64,000 bases of DNA from Gammaproteobacteria bacterium. GTDB taxonomy: Bacteria > Pseudomonadota > Gammaproteobacteria > UBA4575. The stretch lies in the NCBI GenBank assembly GCA_965242685.1, contig OZ251487.1, positions 417,199 through 481,198 on the forward strand. The letters are read 5' to 3'. This document shows, piece by piece, positions 1-10,031 of this stretch. Below the pieces are notes generated by a model that ran no database searches, was not told the DNA's origin, and saw only the letters and a list, made by a program, of their open reading frames with translations. The position numbers and the translations under genes are program-made. How positions within the stretch are numbered: position 1 is the stretch's first letter; the number at the start of each line of letters is the position of its first letter.

Positions 1-14
1 GGCTTCGTTGGTGG

Positions 15-497
15 TTGATCTTATTCGTTTTGGGATGCGTATACTTTGCCGGCGAGGAGGCCAGTTGGGGGCAACACTTTTTTGATTGGGAGACGCCGCA
101 GGGCTGGTTGGGTACCAATGATCAGGGTGAAACCAATCTGCACAACACCGGCTTTTTGTTTGATCAGTTGCCGCGCGCGTTACTGTCCGTTGCGGTGCTG
201 GTAGGCGGGGTATTTATGCCCCTTTATCGCGTCATTACGGGGAAACGCTTTACTCGACGGTCCGTTCATTATTGGTTATGGCCGACTCACGTATGCTTAC
301 CCGCCGCCTTATTTTCCATACTGGTCAGTTGGCATGAAAGAATGTACGGCATCTTCAATACAAAGCCCCCCGCCGTCCTGGATATTCGCGCGGGCGAGGT
401 CAAGGAGAGTTTGTTGGCCCTGTTTCTTATGATCTATATTCTGTCGATCTGGCGGCGAAACAGAGCGTTGCCGCCCCCAGACGACGATAAACCTTAA
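15..497 (+). CDS. Hypothetical membrane protein (hydrophobic segments; possibly N-terminally truncated at window edge)
   Basis: ORF track 160 aa; several hydrophobic stretches (ILFVLGCVYFAG, LLSVAVLVGGVFMPLY, LLALFLMIYILSI); no recognisable catalytic motif. Confidence 0.4.
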   Translation: MILFVLGCVYFAGEEASWGQHFFDWETPQGWLGTNDQGETNLHNTGFLFDQLPRALLSVAVLVGGVFMPLYRVITGKRFTRRSVHYWLWPTHVCLPAALFSILVSWHERMYGIFNTKPPAVLDIRAGEVKESLLALFLMIYILSIWRRNRALPPPDDDKP

Positions 498-883
498 TAC
501 TCGGTATAATATTTTTCTTCCATGATTGCCGCACCGAGTTGTTCATTGATTTTTCTTTTTATGGTCGCGCGTTTGTCATTCTGAAGGTACACGGAGCGAG
601 CCAGCTCGACAAACTCCGCATCAAAATTTTTGCACGATTCCTTGATGCGAATTTTATCCTCAATTTCCCACAGGCACCGATTACTGTCTCTAAGCTGCCG
701 TTTGAACGACTGTATTGCATCGCTTTCAGAGATGTTTCGTTTCCAAACCTGCCGTAACAGCTCTAATTCCGTCGCAACGTTTTTTAATTTTTGTTTATCT
801 TGTATTCGCTCGGCCTTGATTTCCAAGATGGTGATTTTATCGAGTAGCTCGCCCGGCGAAACGGGTATTTTTATATGTTCCAT
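494..883 (-). CDS. Conserved hypothetical small protein (about 129 aa) upstream of heptosyltransferase
   Basis: ORF 494..997 trimmed to internal ATG (MEHIKIPVSPGELLDKITILEIK...) at 883 so that it abuts rather than overlaps the stop of the heptosyltransferase gene at 889; charged/helical composition. Confidence 0.45.
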   Translation of the reverse strand: MEHIKIPVSPGELLDKITILEIKAERIQDKQKLKNVATELELLRQVWKRNISESDAIQSFKRQLRDSNRCLWEIEDKIRIKESCKNFDAEFVELARSVYLQNDKRATIKRKINEQLGAAIMEEKYYTEY

Positions 884-888
884 CTTTT

Positions 889-1944
889 TTAGGCATCCGA
901 TTGCCGGGCTTGTCGGGCAAGCTCGGTCAATTTTTGGATTACGTCTTCTACGCCGATCAGTTCCATCACGCCCGGATATTCCAGTTTGGTTCCCCATTTC
1001 AGTTGATCGGCCGGCTTGTTTTTGAAGGTGCGTGCGGCCCGATCATATTTGTCTACGCACCATTGCCGGCTGAAATACGGGCCGCTGCGGTTGGGGTTGC
1101 TGGCAGCATACAGACCTACTACGGGTGTGTCGACCCCCGTGGCCATATGCGCCGACCCCGAGTCGGGGGCAATAAGGGCGTCGGCGCGTTGCAGCAATGC
1201 CAGAAATTTCTTCAAGGTATCTCTGCCTATCAAGTTCAATGGCGTGGTTTTCATGGAACGCTCAATCTCGCGCCCGATTCGCTTTTCCACTGCCGAGTTG
1301 CCGCCGCATAGTATAATCTGGGCATTGAGCGATTGTGCGGCATAGTCGGCAACGGCCGCATAACGTTTCGCGGGCCAATTTCTGAGCGGATGACGGGAAC
1401 AGGGGCTGATGATGACCTTGAAACGATCGCTTGCCAAGTGCCGGGCGGCAAACTCACGGGCTTCTTCGGGAATATGATATCCCCATCTCATTTCCCGGTG
1501 GTGCAGTCCGAGGTGTTCAATGAAGCTGAAAAAGCCGTCCAATACGTGCTGTTGTGCGGTGGCTTTGATACGTCGGTTGATAAACAGCGAATGAAAGTCT
1601 TTGCTTCTTGCCTTATCGTAACCCAGTTTTAGGGGCGCGGAAATCAGGGTGCTTAGGAGGTTTGCCCGCAATGAGACCTGAGCGCACAGTAGCACGTCAA
1701 ATTTTCGGCGTTTCATTTTGTCAACGAGTCTTTTACAGCTGCCCGTCACGTTGGACTTGTCGAATTGGATAAACTCAATATCGGGCACGTCGCGGATGAG
1801 AGCCGCTTCATTTTTGCCGATAATCCAGGTAAGTTGGGTAGTAGGCCAATATTTCCGCATGGTGTGTGCTACCGGCACCATGTGCGTTACGTCTCCGATG
1901 GAAGATAATCGCAAGATGCAAACGGACTTTGGCGCATTATCCAT
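889..1944 (-). CDS. ADP-heptose:LPS heptosyltransferase, glycosyltransferase family 9 (WaaC/OpsX-like heptosyltransferase I)
   Basis: 351 aa; N-terminal GT9 signature ILRLSSIGDVTHMVPVAHTMRKYWP; adjacent to kdkA and waaA as in Haemophilus-type inner-core loci. Confidence 0.8.
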   Translation of the reverse strand: MDNAPKSVCILRLSSIGDVTHMVPVAHTMRKYWPTTQLTWIIGKNEAALIRDVPDIEFIQFDKSNVTGSCKRLVDKMKRRKFDVLLCAQVSLRANLLSTLISAPLKLGYDKARSKDFHSLFINRRIKATAQQHVLDGFFSFIEHLGLHHREMRWGYHIPEEAREFAARHLASDRFKVIISPCSRHPLRNWPAKRYAAVADYAAQSLNAQIILCGGNSAVEKRIGREIERSMKTTPLNLIGRDTLKKFLALLQRADALIAPDSGSAHMATGVDTPVVGLYAASNPNRSGPYFSRQWCVDKYDRAARTFKNKPADQLKWGTKLEYPGVMELIGVEDVIQKLTELARQARQSDA

Positions 1945-1988
1945 AGTGAATCAATTTTGCATCGTACCGAGAGGTGAGGGTATCGCCC

Positions 1989-2711
1989 ATGAAATCCTTT
2001 GAGTTCAACTATTATGGTAACGATATCGTTACGTATGATGGCGCCTTGTTCGCTGAATTTCCGCTTGGATTGTTTGACCTTGATGACCCCTTGCTACGGG
2101 ATAAGGAGCCTGGGGTATTGCCTTCGCAAGGCAGGGGCAAGGCCCGCATCGTTACGCATGGCGGGCAGGCCCTGGTATTGCGTCATTACTATCGTGGCGG
2201 GATGGTAGCCAAATTTTTGCATGACGTTTATCTGTGGCGAGGCCTGTATAAGACGCGCGCGATTGCCGAACTTCAAATACTGTTCGCAATGCGGGAAATG
2301 AATTTGCCGGTACCGACACCGGTCGCCGCGCGCATCCGCCGGGCCGGTCTTGTATATAAGGCGGATATCGTCACGCGGTTGATTCCTCGGGCAAAGTCTC
2401 TCGGTGCCGTGCTGCAACGTAACGCCTTGTCAAAACGGGACTGGAAACGGATAGGCGGCATAATCAAAACGTTCCATGACAATCATTGTAATCATGCCGA
2501 CCTCAATGCACATAATATTTTGCTGGATGAGAAGGGTAGAGTATTTTTAATTGACTTTGATAAATCAAGGATTGATCCGGCCGGCGGTGGCTGGAGGCGG
2601 GTCAACCTCGCCAGGTTGAAACGGTCGTTGGTAAAGCTGAGCAACGCCGAAGCCACGTTCCATTATTCGGAAGAAGAATTCAAAGCATTGATGGAAGGAT
2701 ACGGTCATTGA
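1989..2711 (+). CDS. kdkA: 3-deoxy-D-manno-octulosonic acid (Kdo) kinase
   Basis: Motifs LRHYYRGG, HADLNAHNILL, NLARLKRS match KdkA family; ORF begins with GTG at 1974 but ATG at 1989 preceded by GAGGTGA Shine-Dalgarno is the likelier start. Confidence 0.85.
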   Translation: MKSFEFNYYGNDIVTYDGALFAEFPLGLFDLDDPLLRDKEPGVLPSQGRGKARIVTHGGQALVLRHYYRGGMVAKFLHDVYLWRGLYKTRAIAELQILFAMREMNLPVPTPVAARIRRAGLVYKADIVTRLIPRAKSLGAVLQRNALSKRDWKRIGGIIKTFHDNHCNHADLNAHNILLDEKGRVFLIDFDKSRIDPAGGGWRRVNLARLKRSLVKLSNAEATFHYSEEEFKALMEGYGH

Positions 2712-3976
2712 TGCAACGCCCGATTGAGCAACGGGCGTAAATATTTCAGATACTTTTCCGTCATCCCCCTTTTTTTCTCCATAAATCGTTGCGCGTTCAT
2801 GCCGTAGCGTGATCTTTCCCGTTCATTATCGAGCAAGCGTGCCAACGTCATTCCCAACTCGTGATTATCGGCGACTTGGATGATGCCATTTGCCTGCAAA
2901 AGCTCTTTTACTTCAAGTGCAAAATTTTCCGTATGGGGCCCCGTTACAATACACTTTCCGAGGCCGGCGGGTTCAAGAATATTATGTCCGCCACGCGGAA
3001 TGAGAGAGCCCCCCACAAAAACCAGCAGCGCTTCGCCGAGGTATCTTTCCAATTCCCCCAGTGTATCGACAATATAGACGTCGGTATCGTTCGTGACGGC
3101 GTTCTTTTCGCTGTGTATCGCCACGTCAAGGTTTTTATCTCGAAGTTGTCGCGCTATTTTCTTGCCCCGATGCGGGTAACGCGGTGCGATCACCAGTAGG
3201 CAGTTTTTTCTCTTGAGGATCGCTACATGTCGCGCAAGCTGGATCTCTTCATCTTCGTGGGTAGATACCGCCAGCAGGAACGGGCACGCTATCTTTATTC
3301 GGGGAGTGCGTGCGCGGGTCGGCGGTCTGATCGTGTATTTCAGGTTGCCTACCGTGTGCGTGGAGCGCTTATCCGCTCCTATCCTGATAAATCTCAAGCG
3401 ATCCTCGTCTGAGCGTGTCAGGAGCAAGGCCAGGTTCTGTAACGAACATCGATAGTCATTTCTTATCATGCTTGCGGCGCGCATGGATTTCTTGGTCAGT
3501 CTCCCGTTGATGATGGCGACGGGAATATTTTTACTGGTGCTAAGCAGGAACAAGGTCGGCCAAATTTCGGTCTCCAAAATCAGCATACATACCGGATTGA
3601 CGCGATTTAGAAAGGCATTGACGCAAACGGCGTAATCAAGGGGCAGATACAGGTGTACGACGTTTTGCGCCCGCATCCCTACAACGAGACGCGCGGCGGT
3701 AGGGGTATTGGTAGAGATACAGATACATGTATTCGGACATTGATTGCGCAGTTCGGACAGCAGCGGCTTTATTGCGTTGACTTCTCCCACCGATGCGCAG
3801 TGGATCAGTATCGGACGTGATGAAGGGCGTCCGTAATTGAAACCGAGCCGTTGTGAGAGATAGCCCCATCCCCCGTCTTTGATGGCGCGATAGATGACGT
3901 ATCCCAGGGCCAGTGGGCTCAGTAGCAATAATATTGACTTATAGCGCAGCGACGTGTGGCGCGATAACTTCGACAT
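2705..3976 (-). CDS. waaA: 3-deoxy-D-manno-octulosonic acid transferase (Kdo transferase)
   Basis: 423 aa; N-terminal TM helix then ILIHCASVGEVNAIKPLLSEL typical of WaaA/KdtA; correct size. Confidence 0.9.
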   Translation of the reverse strand: MSKLSRHTSLRYKSILLLLSPLALGYVIYRAIKDGGWGYLSQRLGFNYGRPSSRPILIHCASVGEVNAIKPLLSELRNQCPNTCICISTNTPTAARLVVGMRAQNVVHLYLPLDYAVCVNAFLNRVNPVCMLILETEIWPTLFLLSTSKNIPVAIINGRLTKKSMRAASMIRNDYRCSLQNLALLLTRSDEDRLRFIRIGADKRSTHTVGNLKYTIRPPTRARTPRIKIACPFLLAVSTHEDEEIQLARHVAILKRKNCLLVIAPRYPHRGKKIARQLRDKNLDVAIHSEKNAVTNDTDVYIVDTLGELERYLGEALLVFVGGSLIPRGGHNILEPAGLGKCIVTGPHTENFALEVKELLQANGIIQVADNHELGMTLARLLDNERERSRYGMNAQRFMEKKRGMTEKYLKYLRPLLNRALHQ

Positions 3977-3982
3977 ACAATG

Positions 3983-5308
3983 CTAATTTAGCCAATCGTT
4001 GATTTTCAGTAGGTCATCAACGGACAGCCCTCCCGCGGCTTGTTTGAGCTTTAACGTATCCAGGACGTAGTCATAACGTGCGCGTGAATAGTCGCGTTTG
4101 GCCTGGAAGGTATCCTGTAGCGCCAGTAGCACGTCAACGGAAGTACGCGTGCCGACTCGAAAGCCCGCTTCGGCGGCACGTGCCGCGGCTTGTGTAGACT
4201 CCAGGGTACGCGCGCGCGCCTTGACGAGACTGATGCCCGCAATGACGCTTAAAAACGCATCGCGCGTGTTCTGAATGGTTTTTCTTTGTACCTTTTCATG
4301 CCGGTTCCGGGCAAGTTGCGCCTCATGATGAGCTTCTTTGACCCTGTAATACGTTCTGCCTCCCTCAACGAGCGGGATACTCAGCTCTAGGCCGATACGA
4401 GTTTCTTCCATCTCGCGCGATCCGGTAAGCCCCCCCGTATCCGTATCGGAATGAGATATTAGGATGTCCAGGTCCGGAAAGTGATCTGCTTGTCGCCGTG
4501 CAATTTCCTGGCGAGCAATTTTAGTACTGTATTCGCTTGACAGTAGCGACAGATTTTGGTCGAGCGCTTTGTTTACCCATGCTTCTACGTCATTGGGCTG
4601 TGGCGGTACAAGTTCCATGCGGTCGGATAACGGGCGTAAATCGTCCGGGCGCCTCGCAATGATCGCCTCCAGCGCATCCTTGGCAATCTCCAGCGCATTT
4701 TGTGCTTCAATCTCCCTCGCCACGACAAGATCATACGAGGCTTGCGCCTCTTTTACGTCGGTGATCGGTAGCAGGCCGACATCAAAACGTTTTTGTGCGC
4801 GTTCCAGTTGGCGCGCAATGGCCTCTTTTTCAGATCTTTGAAAGCTCAGGGTATCTTGTGCGGACAGTACGTCAAAATAGGCCCGCGTAACTCGGACGAT
4901 CAATTCCTGGTGTGCGGCGTCCAAATCGATTCTCGCCTTGGCAACCGAATTTTTGGCCTGGCGTAGTTGCACGTAAAAATCATGGTGGTAAAGGGCCTGT
5001 CTGATGTTCAACCTGTAGTTGTGATCATTGAAGTCTACGTCCCTACCCGTTACGCCGAAGGTTTCCCCCCTGGTCGTTTGACGGATATCGGTAGTATTGG
5101 CGGTAACGTCTACGTGCGGAAGGAGATTTGCACGTGCAATGGGCTTTACCTGAATTTCTACGTTATATCTTGACCTTGCGATCAATATGTCGGCGTCGTG
5201 TTGTTTTGCCATGGCGTAAATCTCTGCAAGTCCGCTTGCATTTGCGGCGGCAGAGACGGCGAATAAAAGATAGGCCGCCGAGAAACTTGTACATATGCGC
5301 ATGGCCAT
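3983..5308 (-). CDS. tolC: TolC-family outer membrane efflux channel
   Basis: Signal peptide MAMRICTSFSAAYLLFAVSAAANA then two repeated coiled-coil/beta halves typical of TolC; ORF start trimmed from 5365 to Met at 5308. Confidence 0.85.
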   Translation of the reverse strand: MAMRICTSFSAAYLLFAVSAAANASGLAEIYAMAKQHDADILIARSRYNVEIQVKPIARANLLPHVDVTANTTDIRQTTRGETFGVTGRDVDFNDHNYRLNIRQALYHHDFYVQLRQAKNSVAKARIDLDAAHQELIVRVTRAYFDVLSAQDTLSFQRSEKEAIARQLERAQKRFDVGLLPITDVKEAQASYDLVVAREIEAQNALEIAKDALEAIIARRPDDLRPLSDRMELVPPQPNDVEAWVNKALDQNLSLLSSEYSTKIARQEIARRQADHFPDLDILISHSDTDTGGLTGSREMEETRIGLELSIPLVEGGRTYYRVKEAHHEAQLARNRHEKVQRKTIQNTRDAFLSVIAGISLVKARARTLESTQAAARAAEAGFRVGTRTSVDVLLALQDTFQAKRDYSRARYDYVLDTLKLKQAAGGLSVDDLLKINDWLN

Positions 5309-5318
5309 CTTGTGCGGG

Positions 5319-5645
5319 TCAATACGTCGGCATGGATGGATCAACTTGTTTTGCCCACCCGTCAATCCCCGACGACAGGTTAATCACGTTGGTGAAGTTG
5401 TGCCGTACCAGATAGCCGGCAACGATGCGGCTGCGAATCCCGTGATGACAGATGACGACAATGTTCTGATCCGGATCGAAGTCGTGCATAGCGTGAGGGA
5501 TCTGGTTCATCGGCACGAGTATGGAGTCGGGGATATGGCAGCGTGTGTACTCCCATGGTTCCCTGACATCCAATAACACCGGGCCGGCGTCATTTTTCTC
5601 CAGGTATTGTTGAAGCTCGCGGGGGCTGTATTCCTTGAACGTCAC
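5319..5645 (-). CDS. Rhodanese-domain sulfurtransferase (single domain)
   Basis: 108 aa; active-site loop ICHHGIRS (C-x2-G-x-R) and LLDVREPWEY. Confidence 0.8.
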   Translation of the reverse strand: MTFKEYSPRELQQYLEKNDAGPVLLDVREPWEYTRCHIPDSILVPMNQIPHAMHDFDPDQNIVVICHHGIRSRIVAGYLVRHNFTNVINLSSGIDGWAKQVDPSMPTY

Positions 5646-6295
5646 AGTTGAAACGTCTGCGGTGCTTGAATGCCGACGAGGGGTCTGAGACAGGTTTCAA
5701 ATAATCGGGTATGACTGACACCCTCCTCGTTTTTTTTGGATACGAGTTGTGCCTGCATGACCGGGGCGTGCCCGGTCACTATAAACATGCGCCCGTTTTT
5801 GGCAAGCCGCTCTTCAAACTCGTCCAGATATACCGGCATGGATGCGGAAACCACGACCGCATCGTATTGCCCGGCGTCATTGCTGTCGCTTAGGGCGTCA
5901 CCTCGTATATAATTGACGTTATTGATGGCCAGCCGTTTCAGGACGGATTGCGCCCGGCCGGAAAAATCGGCGTGATGTTCTATCGTGTCGACGTGCTTTC
6001 CCAGTTTGGCCAGACAAGCGGTTATAAACCCCGAACCTGTGCCAATCTCCAAAATTTTATCGTCGGGATTTATTTGCAGGGCTTGCAGCATTCGCGCTTC
6101 AACCTTTGGCGTCATCATAAATTGCTCATGTCCCAAGGGTACTTCCATGTCGGCAAAGGCCAGTTTTTGGTGCCGGTCGGGAACAAACAGCTCGCGTGGC
6201 GTTTCTGCAATGACTTTCAACACGTCGACGTCCGATACGTTCCACGGGCGTATTTGTTGTTCAATCATATTGAGTCTTGCCTGTTCGATGTCCAT
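5642..6295 (-). CDS. pcm: Protein-L-isoaspartate O-methyltransferase family protein
   Basis: 217 aa; SAM-binding motif ILEIGTGSGFITACLAKLG; commonly linked to tolC in gammaproteobacteria. Confidence 0.8.
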   Translation of the reverse strand: MDIEQARLNMIEQQIRPWNVSDVDVLKVIAETPRELFVPDRHQKLAFADMEVPLGHEQFMMTPKVEARMLQALQINPDDKILEIGTGSGFITACLAKLGKHVDTIEHHADFSGRAQSVLKRLAINNVNYIRGDALSDSNDAGQYDAVVVSASMPVYLDEFEERLAKNGRMFIVTGHAPVMQAQLVSKKNEEGVSHTRLFETCLRPLVGIQAPQTFQL

Positions 6296-6454
6296 GCTGA
6301 ACCTTGCTTTAGTGTTTGTATGTATTTTTTCGTGAAGTTCGCTATATTTATCTCATTTTTGCGTCTTTATACTGGTTGCCGCCATGTTACGCGACTTTTC
6401 GCAACGTAGTTAAAATAGCGATGCCCTTTTGATTTATTATTTCCATTACTAATT

Positions 6455-7492
6455 TTGAGTGCAAGGAAAATACTCGTTATAGGGCCTGCCTGGATCGGTG
6501 ACATGGTCATGTCACAGAGCTTGTTCATGGCGCTGAAACACCGGTACCCGAACTGTGCCGTCGACGTCGTTGCACCGGCATGGTCTTCCCCCGTGCTTGC
6601 GCGTATGCCCGAGGTGCGGCGTATTATCGAAGTTGATATCGCACATGGTGAATTACGACTTGCTACACGCATACGGCTTGGTAGAAGTCTTCGCGGGCAA
6701 TACGACCAAGCCATCATTTTACCAAGATCATACAAATCTGCGTTGGTTCCATATTTTGCGAGGATTCCGAAACGTACCGCATATCGCGGTGAAATGCGTT
6801 ATGGCATTGTCAACGACGTGCGACGATCCGGCGGGAAAGCGACCGGTACTAAAGCCGTACAGCAATACGTAAATTTAAGCGAGCCATCCTCCGCGCACCG
6901 GGTAAAATTTTCGGATATTCATTTGCCGAGGCTGCGAGTGGATGAGAACAAGCGGCGTCAGGCGGCGTCAAGATTGGCCGTCAACGAGAAGACGCCTTCA
7001 ATTGCATTGATGCCGGGTGCCGAATTCGGCCCGTCAAAGCGTTGGCCTGCGGGATACTTCGGCGAATTAGCCTCCATGTTCATACGAGACGGCTTTGCCG
7101 TGTACATTTTCGGCTCATCCAGAGACCATGCAATCGGCGAAGAAGTCATCGCGTCCTCTTGCGGCGGTGGTGCGGTCAACTTGTGCGGAAAAACGAGTCT
7201 GGAAGAAGCGATTGATTTAATTTCACTGACGAAAGTCGCCGTCACCAACGATTCCGGATTGATGCACGTTGCGGCGGCGGTGGGGTGCCCCGTGGTTGCC
7301 GTCTATGGCTCAATTACGCCTGATTACACCCCGCCTTTGACTAAATTCGCACGGATTCGGTACTTGAACCTGGAGTGCAGTCCTTGTTGGCGGAAGCAGT
7401 GCCCCTATGGGCACTATAACTGCCTGCGTAACTTGACGGTCGGCAGCGTCTATCAAAGTGCGGGCGAGCTACTCGGCCGTGTCTCACCTTAG
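6455..7492 (+). CDS. waaF: ADP-heptose:LPS heptosyltransferase II
   Basis: N-terminus KILVIGPAWIGDMVMSQSLFMALKHRYP is the classic RfaF/WaaF signature; 345 aa. Confidence 0.85.
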   Translation: MSARKILVIGPAWIGDMVMSQSLFMALKHRYPNCAVDVVAPAWSSPVLARMPEVRRIIEVDIAHGELRLATRIRLGRSLRGQYDQAIILPRSYKSALVPYFARIPKRTAYRGEMRYGIVNDVRRSGGKATGTKAVQQYVNLSEPSSAHRVKFSDIHLPRLRVDENKRRQAASRLAVNEKTPSIALMPGAEFGPSKRWPAGYFGELASMFIRDGFAVYIFGSSRDHAIGEEVIASSCGGGAVNLCGKTSLEEAIDLISLTKVAVTNDSGLMHVAAAVGCPVVAVYGSITPDYTPPLTKFARIRYLNLECSPCWRKQCPYGHYNCLRNLTVGSVYQSAGELLGRVSP

Positions 7493-8880
7493 AGGAAGTA
7501 GTCGTTGCGGTCAAAACTGGAATCGAGTGACGCCAGTTTTTCGGGATGATTGATCAGCTCCTCGATAAACCAGTTTGCATGGTTATATAGACACGTGACA
7601 TCTTTACATTCCCGTTTGGCATCAAATGCCTCGATCAATCGCAACGTATTCTTTTGTGTCGCCTTTAGAGCCTTGTCCGTTGCATAGGCGTGTTTTCCCC
7701 CCAATAATGCCTGCGGCACGTGGCGGTATACCGGGCAATTGAACACGCCCAGCGGGCTTAATACCTGCCTGAAGTATTGCATGTGGCAGTTATGCGGCTG
7801 CTCGGTGTAATTCATGTAAGTGCCGTTTTCAAGTACCCGAAGATTGGTACTTTCGACCACCGCAAAGTTTTCGTCCTCGCACTCTTTGGCCTGATTTATC
7901 GCACTACGAATTTTCGCCATTACCGACTCGACGTGTCGCTGTTCCTTGTCTATTCCGACTACTTCGGCATTATTGATTTTCGCCCTTGTCAAAAAAGGCT
8001 TGTAAGAAATGTAATCGAACCGGTGTTGCTTGGCCAGATTCGCCGCCGTAACGATCTCATCTATGTTTTCAATAATTTTTGTGTCGTTGGTTTCGCAGTC
8101 TTTCCATACGATGATAAAGCTGAAACCTATCATAAAATCGGAGTTCAACTCCTTGATCTCGGGGATGTGTTTACAGATCCATTCCAGCGTACATTTTTTA
8201 CTGCCCGGCTTGTGCATGGCACGGAAAGTCTGGTTCGTTCCCGAGTCCAGCGACAGGCGCACCCAGTCTTTCTCTTGTAACACGTCCGCTACGTTGCCGA
8301 TCTTTTTCATCATGCTGCCGTTGGTGACGACTCCCACTTGTACATCCATCCGTTTCAGGTGGCGTACAACGTCTTCAAAACCCTGATACGCGGTCGGTTC
8401 GCCGCCGCCGATGATGATTACCGAACGCAATCCGTTTTTGACCAGGTGGCTGAGTGAATCCTTTAATAGTTCGTGGTCATAGTTGATCTTCTTGTTGAGA
8501 ATATCCATGTCTACGCAATGATCGCAGCGATAGTTGCAGGCGGTGGTGACGTCCAGGTTGATAGAGACGGGCGCGCTCGTCGGCGCGGTTTCCAGGGCCT
8601 CTTCGAACGATAGGGACTCCGCCGCAAATCCTTCGCGCCATTGTGCTTGCCAACGGACGTATTCCTTTAGCTTTTCAAGCACTTCGGGCTGAAGCAGCTT
8701 ACCCATGAAGTCATGCAACGGCGAAAGCTCGGTCTGCTTTTCTACCTGACGAACGGATGAGTTCACGTGCAGGGGAGGTGCCGATGAGCGGGCCGTTGCA
8801 TCGAGACCGCCTTTGGTAAAATCAATGAGCGGTGACAGTCTCATCAACACCTCACCGCTTTCGGAATGAATTTTTTCCAT
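7489..8880 (-). CDS. Radical SAM enzyme with Cys-containing C-terminal auxiliary domain (function unknown; possible sugar-modifying enzyme)
   Basis: 463 aa; canonical CX3CX2C cluster motif TTACNYRCDHC; glycine-rich SAM motif IIGGGEPT; extra Cys residues near C-terminus (HNCH..., FNCP...); embedded in LPS core locus. Confidence 0.75.
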   Translation of the reverse strand: MEKIHSESGEVLMRLSPLIDFTKGGLDATARSSAPPLHVNSSVRQVEKQTELSPLHDFMGKLLQPEVLEKLKEYVRWQAQWREGFAAESLSFEEALETAPTSAPVSINLDVTTACNYRCDHCVDMDILNKKINYDHELLKDSLSHLVKNGLRSVIIIGGGEPTAYQGFEDVVRHLKRMDVQVGVVTNGSMMKKIGNVADVLQEKDWVRLSLDSGTNQTFRAMHKPGSKKCTLEWICKHIPEIKELNSDFMIGFSFIIVWKDCETNDTKIIENIDEIVTAANLAKQHRFDYISYKPFLTRAKINNAEVVGIDKEQRHVESVMAKIRSAINQAKECEDENFAVVESTNLRVLENGTYMNYTEQPHNCHMQYFRQVLSPLGVFNCPVYRHVPQALLGGKHAYATDKALKATQKNTLRLIEAFDAKRECKDVTCLYNHANWFIEELINHPEKLASLDSSFDRNDYFL

Positions 8881-8884
8881 GATG

Positions 8885-9835
8885 CTAGTCCAGATTTACG
8901 GCCTGATACAGTTGTGCCAGATGTGTCATCCCGTCAATCAGTGCAACTTCATCGGATGAAGCACCAGAATAAATCGAACCTATAAAGTTTTTTACCGAGC
9001 ACACTAGCGGGTCAACGACAGGTAATTGTTTATCTGGTGAATGTAATGCTATCAGATAATCGGAACGCTTGATATGCCGGTTTACCCGTTTACCATTGAT
9101 TGCGTATGCGGCGGGTTTGGGATACGTATTTGTCGGTTTTAACGACAGGCCAACCTCGGCATTTCCCCGTGCGTGCAGATAGTTAAACTTGACGTCAAGC
9201 TCGTTATCTCCCCCGTTTGCACGGTAGTCAAACGCAACGTCCTGAATGCGCCCTGCACCGATGAGTGCATACAACATGCTCAGCAAATGCGGCGCGGCGT
9301 CAACGATCATCATTTTATCCCTGCTTTGGGGGGACAACCACATGGAAAACGTTTCCACGGTCTGCACGACGGGATACATTTCATAGTAAGTGGGCAGGGT
9401 GAAAGGCCATTGTGTATTGAGCTGTAAAACCCGGTTCCTGGCTTTGCAGAGTTTGACCAGTTTGACCGTTTTTTCGGTAACTCGTTTCAACTCGCCGGCC
9501 GTTTCTATAGGGGGCCACCAAAGCGGTTTTTCACAAAATACGTGGCGGCCTGCCTGAATTGCAGCTTCCAGGTACTTCAAGTGCGAGGCAACCGGACTGC
9601 TGATGACGACGATATCGACGGGCCGTTTTTTTAATGACTCCTCCAGACTTTCAAAGGCGTGACAGTCAATTCCATAATCGGCGTTTAATCGCATTGCGGC
9701 ATCGGCGGCAGATTTCTGCGTACTGCTTACCACTGCGGTAATAGTCGCCCCAGACTGATGAAAGGCCTTGGCGATGAAAGGGCCGGTACCTTGGCGGCTG
9801 CGCCCCGGCCCGATGATGGCAACGTGTAAAGACAT
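8885..9835 (-). CDS. Gfo/Idh/MocA-family NAD(P)-dependent oxidoreductase
   Basis: 316 aa; N-terminal Rossmann VAIIGPGRSRQG..., EKPLWWP motif characteristic of Gfo/Idh/MocA family; 5-nt gap to radical SAM gene suggests operon. Confidence 0.8.
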   Translation of the reverse strand: MSLHVAIIGPGRSRQGTGPFIAKAFHQSGATITAVVSSTQKSAADAAMRLNADYGIDCHAFESLEESLKKRPVDIVVISSPVASHLKYLEAAIQAGRHVFCEKPLWWPPIETAGELKRVTEKTVKLVKLCKARNRVLQLNTQWPFTLPTYYEMYPVVQTVETFSMWLSPQSRDKMMIVDAAPHLLSMLYALIGAGRIQDVAFDYRANGGDNELDVKFNYLHARGNAEVGLSLKPTNTYPKPAAYAINGKRVNRHIKRSDYLIALHSPDKQLPVVDPLVCSVKNFIGSIYSGASSDEVALIDGMTHLAQLYQAVNLD

Positions 9836-10031
9836 GAGGGGATTTTATCCGTGCCGATAGAGTACGAGTTGTTGGGGATATAGGCAACTATAACCCCATA
9901 TTTTCGGGCAACGCTTGGTGAAATACGGTACTATCAATCCTTGTGAAACATGGACAAAAGAAGGCCTTAAAAGGCGGCGTCAAGCCTCTGTGTTGAATTT
10001 ATTTCATAAACGGTAAGAAGAAACAAATAAG

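Noticed and set aside
884-997. Upstream extension of the small ORF 494..997
   Set aside because: It would overlap the heptosyltransferase CDS by more than 100 nt. The internal ATG at 883 gives a clean non-overlapping gene.
5309-5365. N-terminal 19-aa extension of the tolC ORF
   Set aside because: A signal peptide begins at the internal Met (MAMRICTSF...), and the extension would overlap the rhodanese gene.
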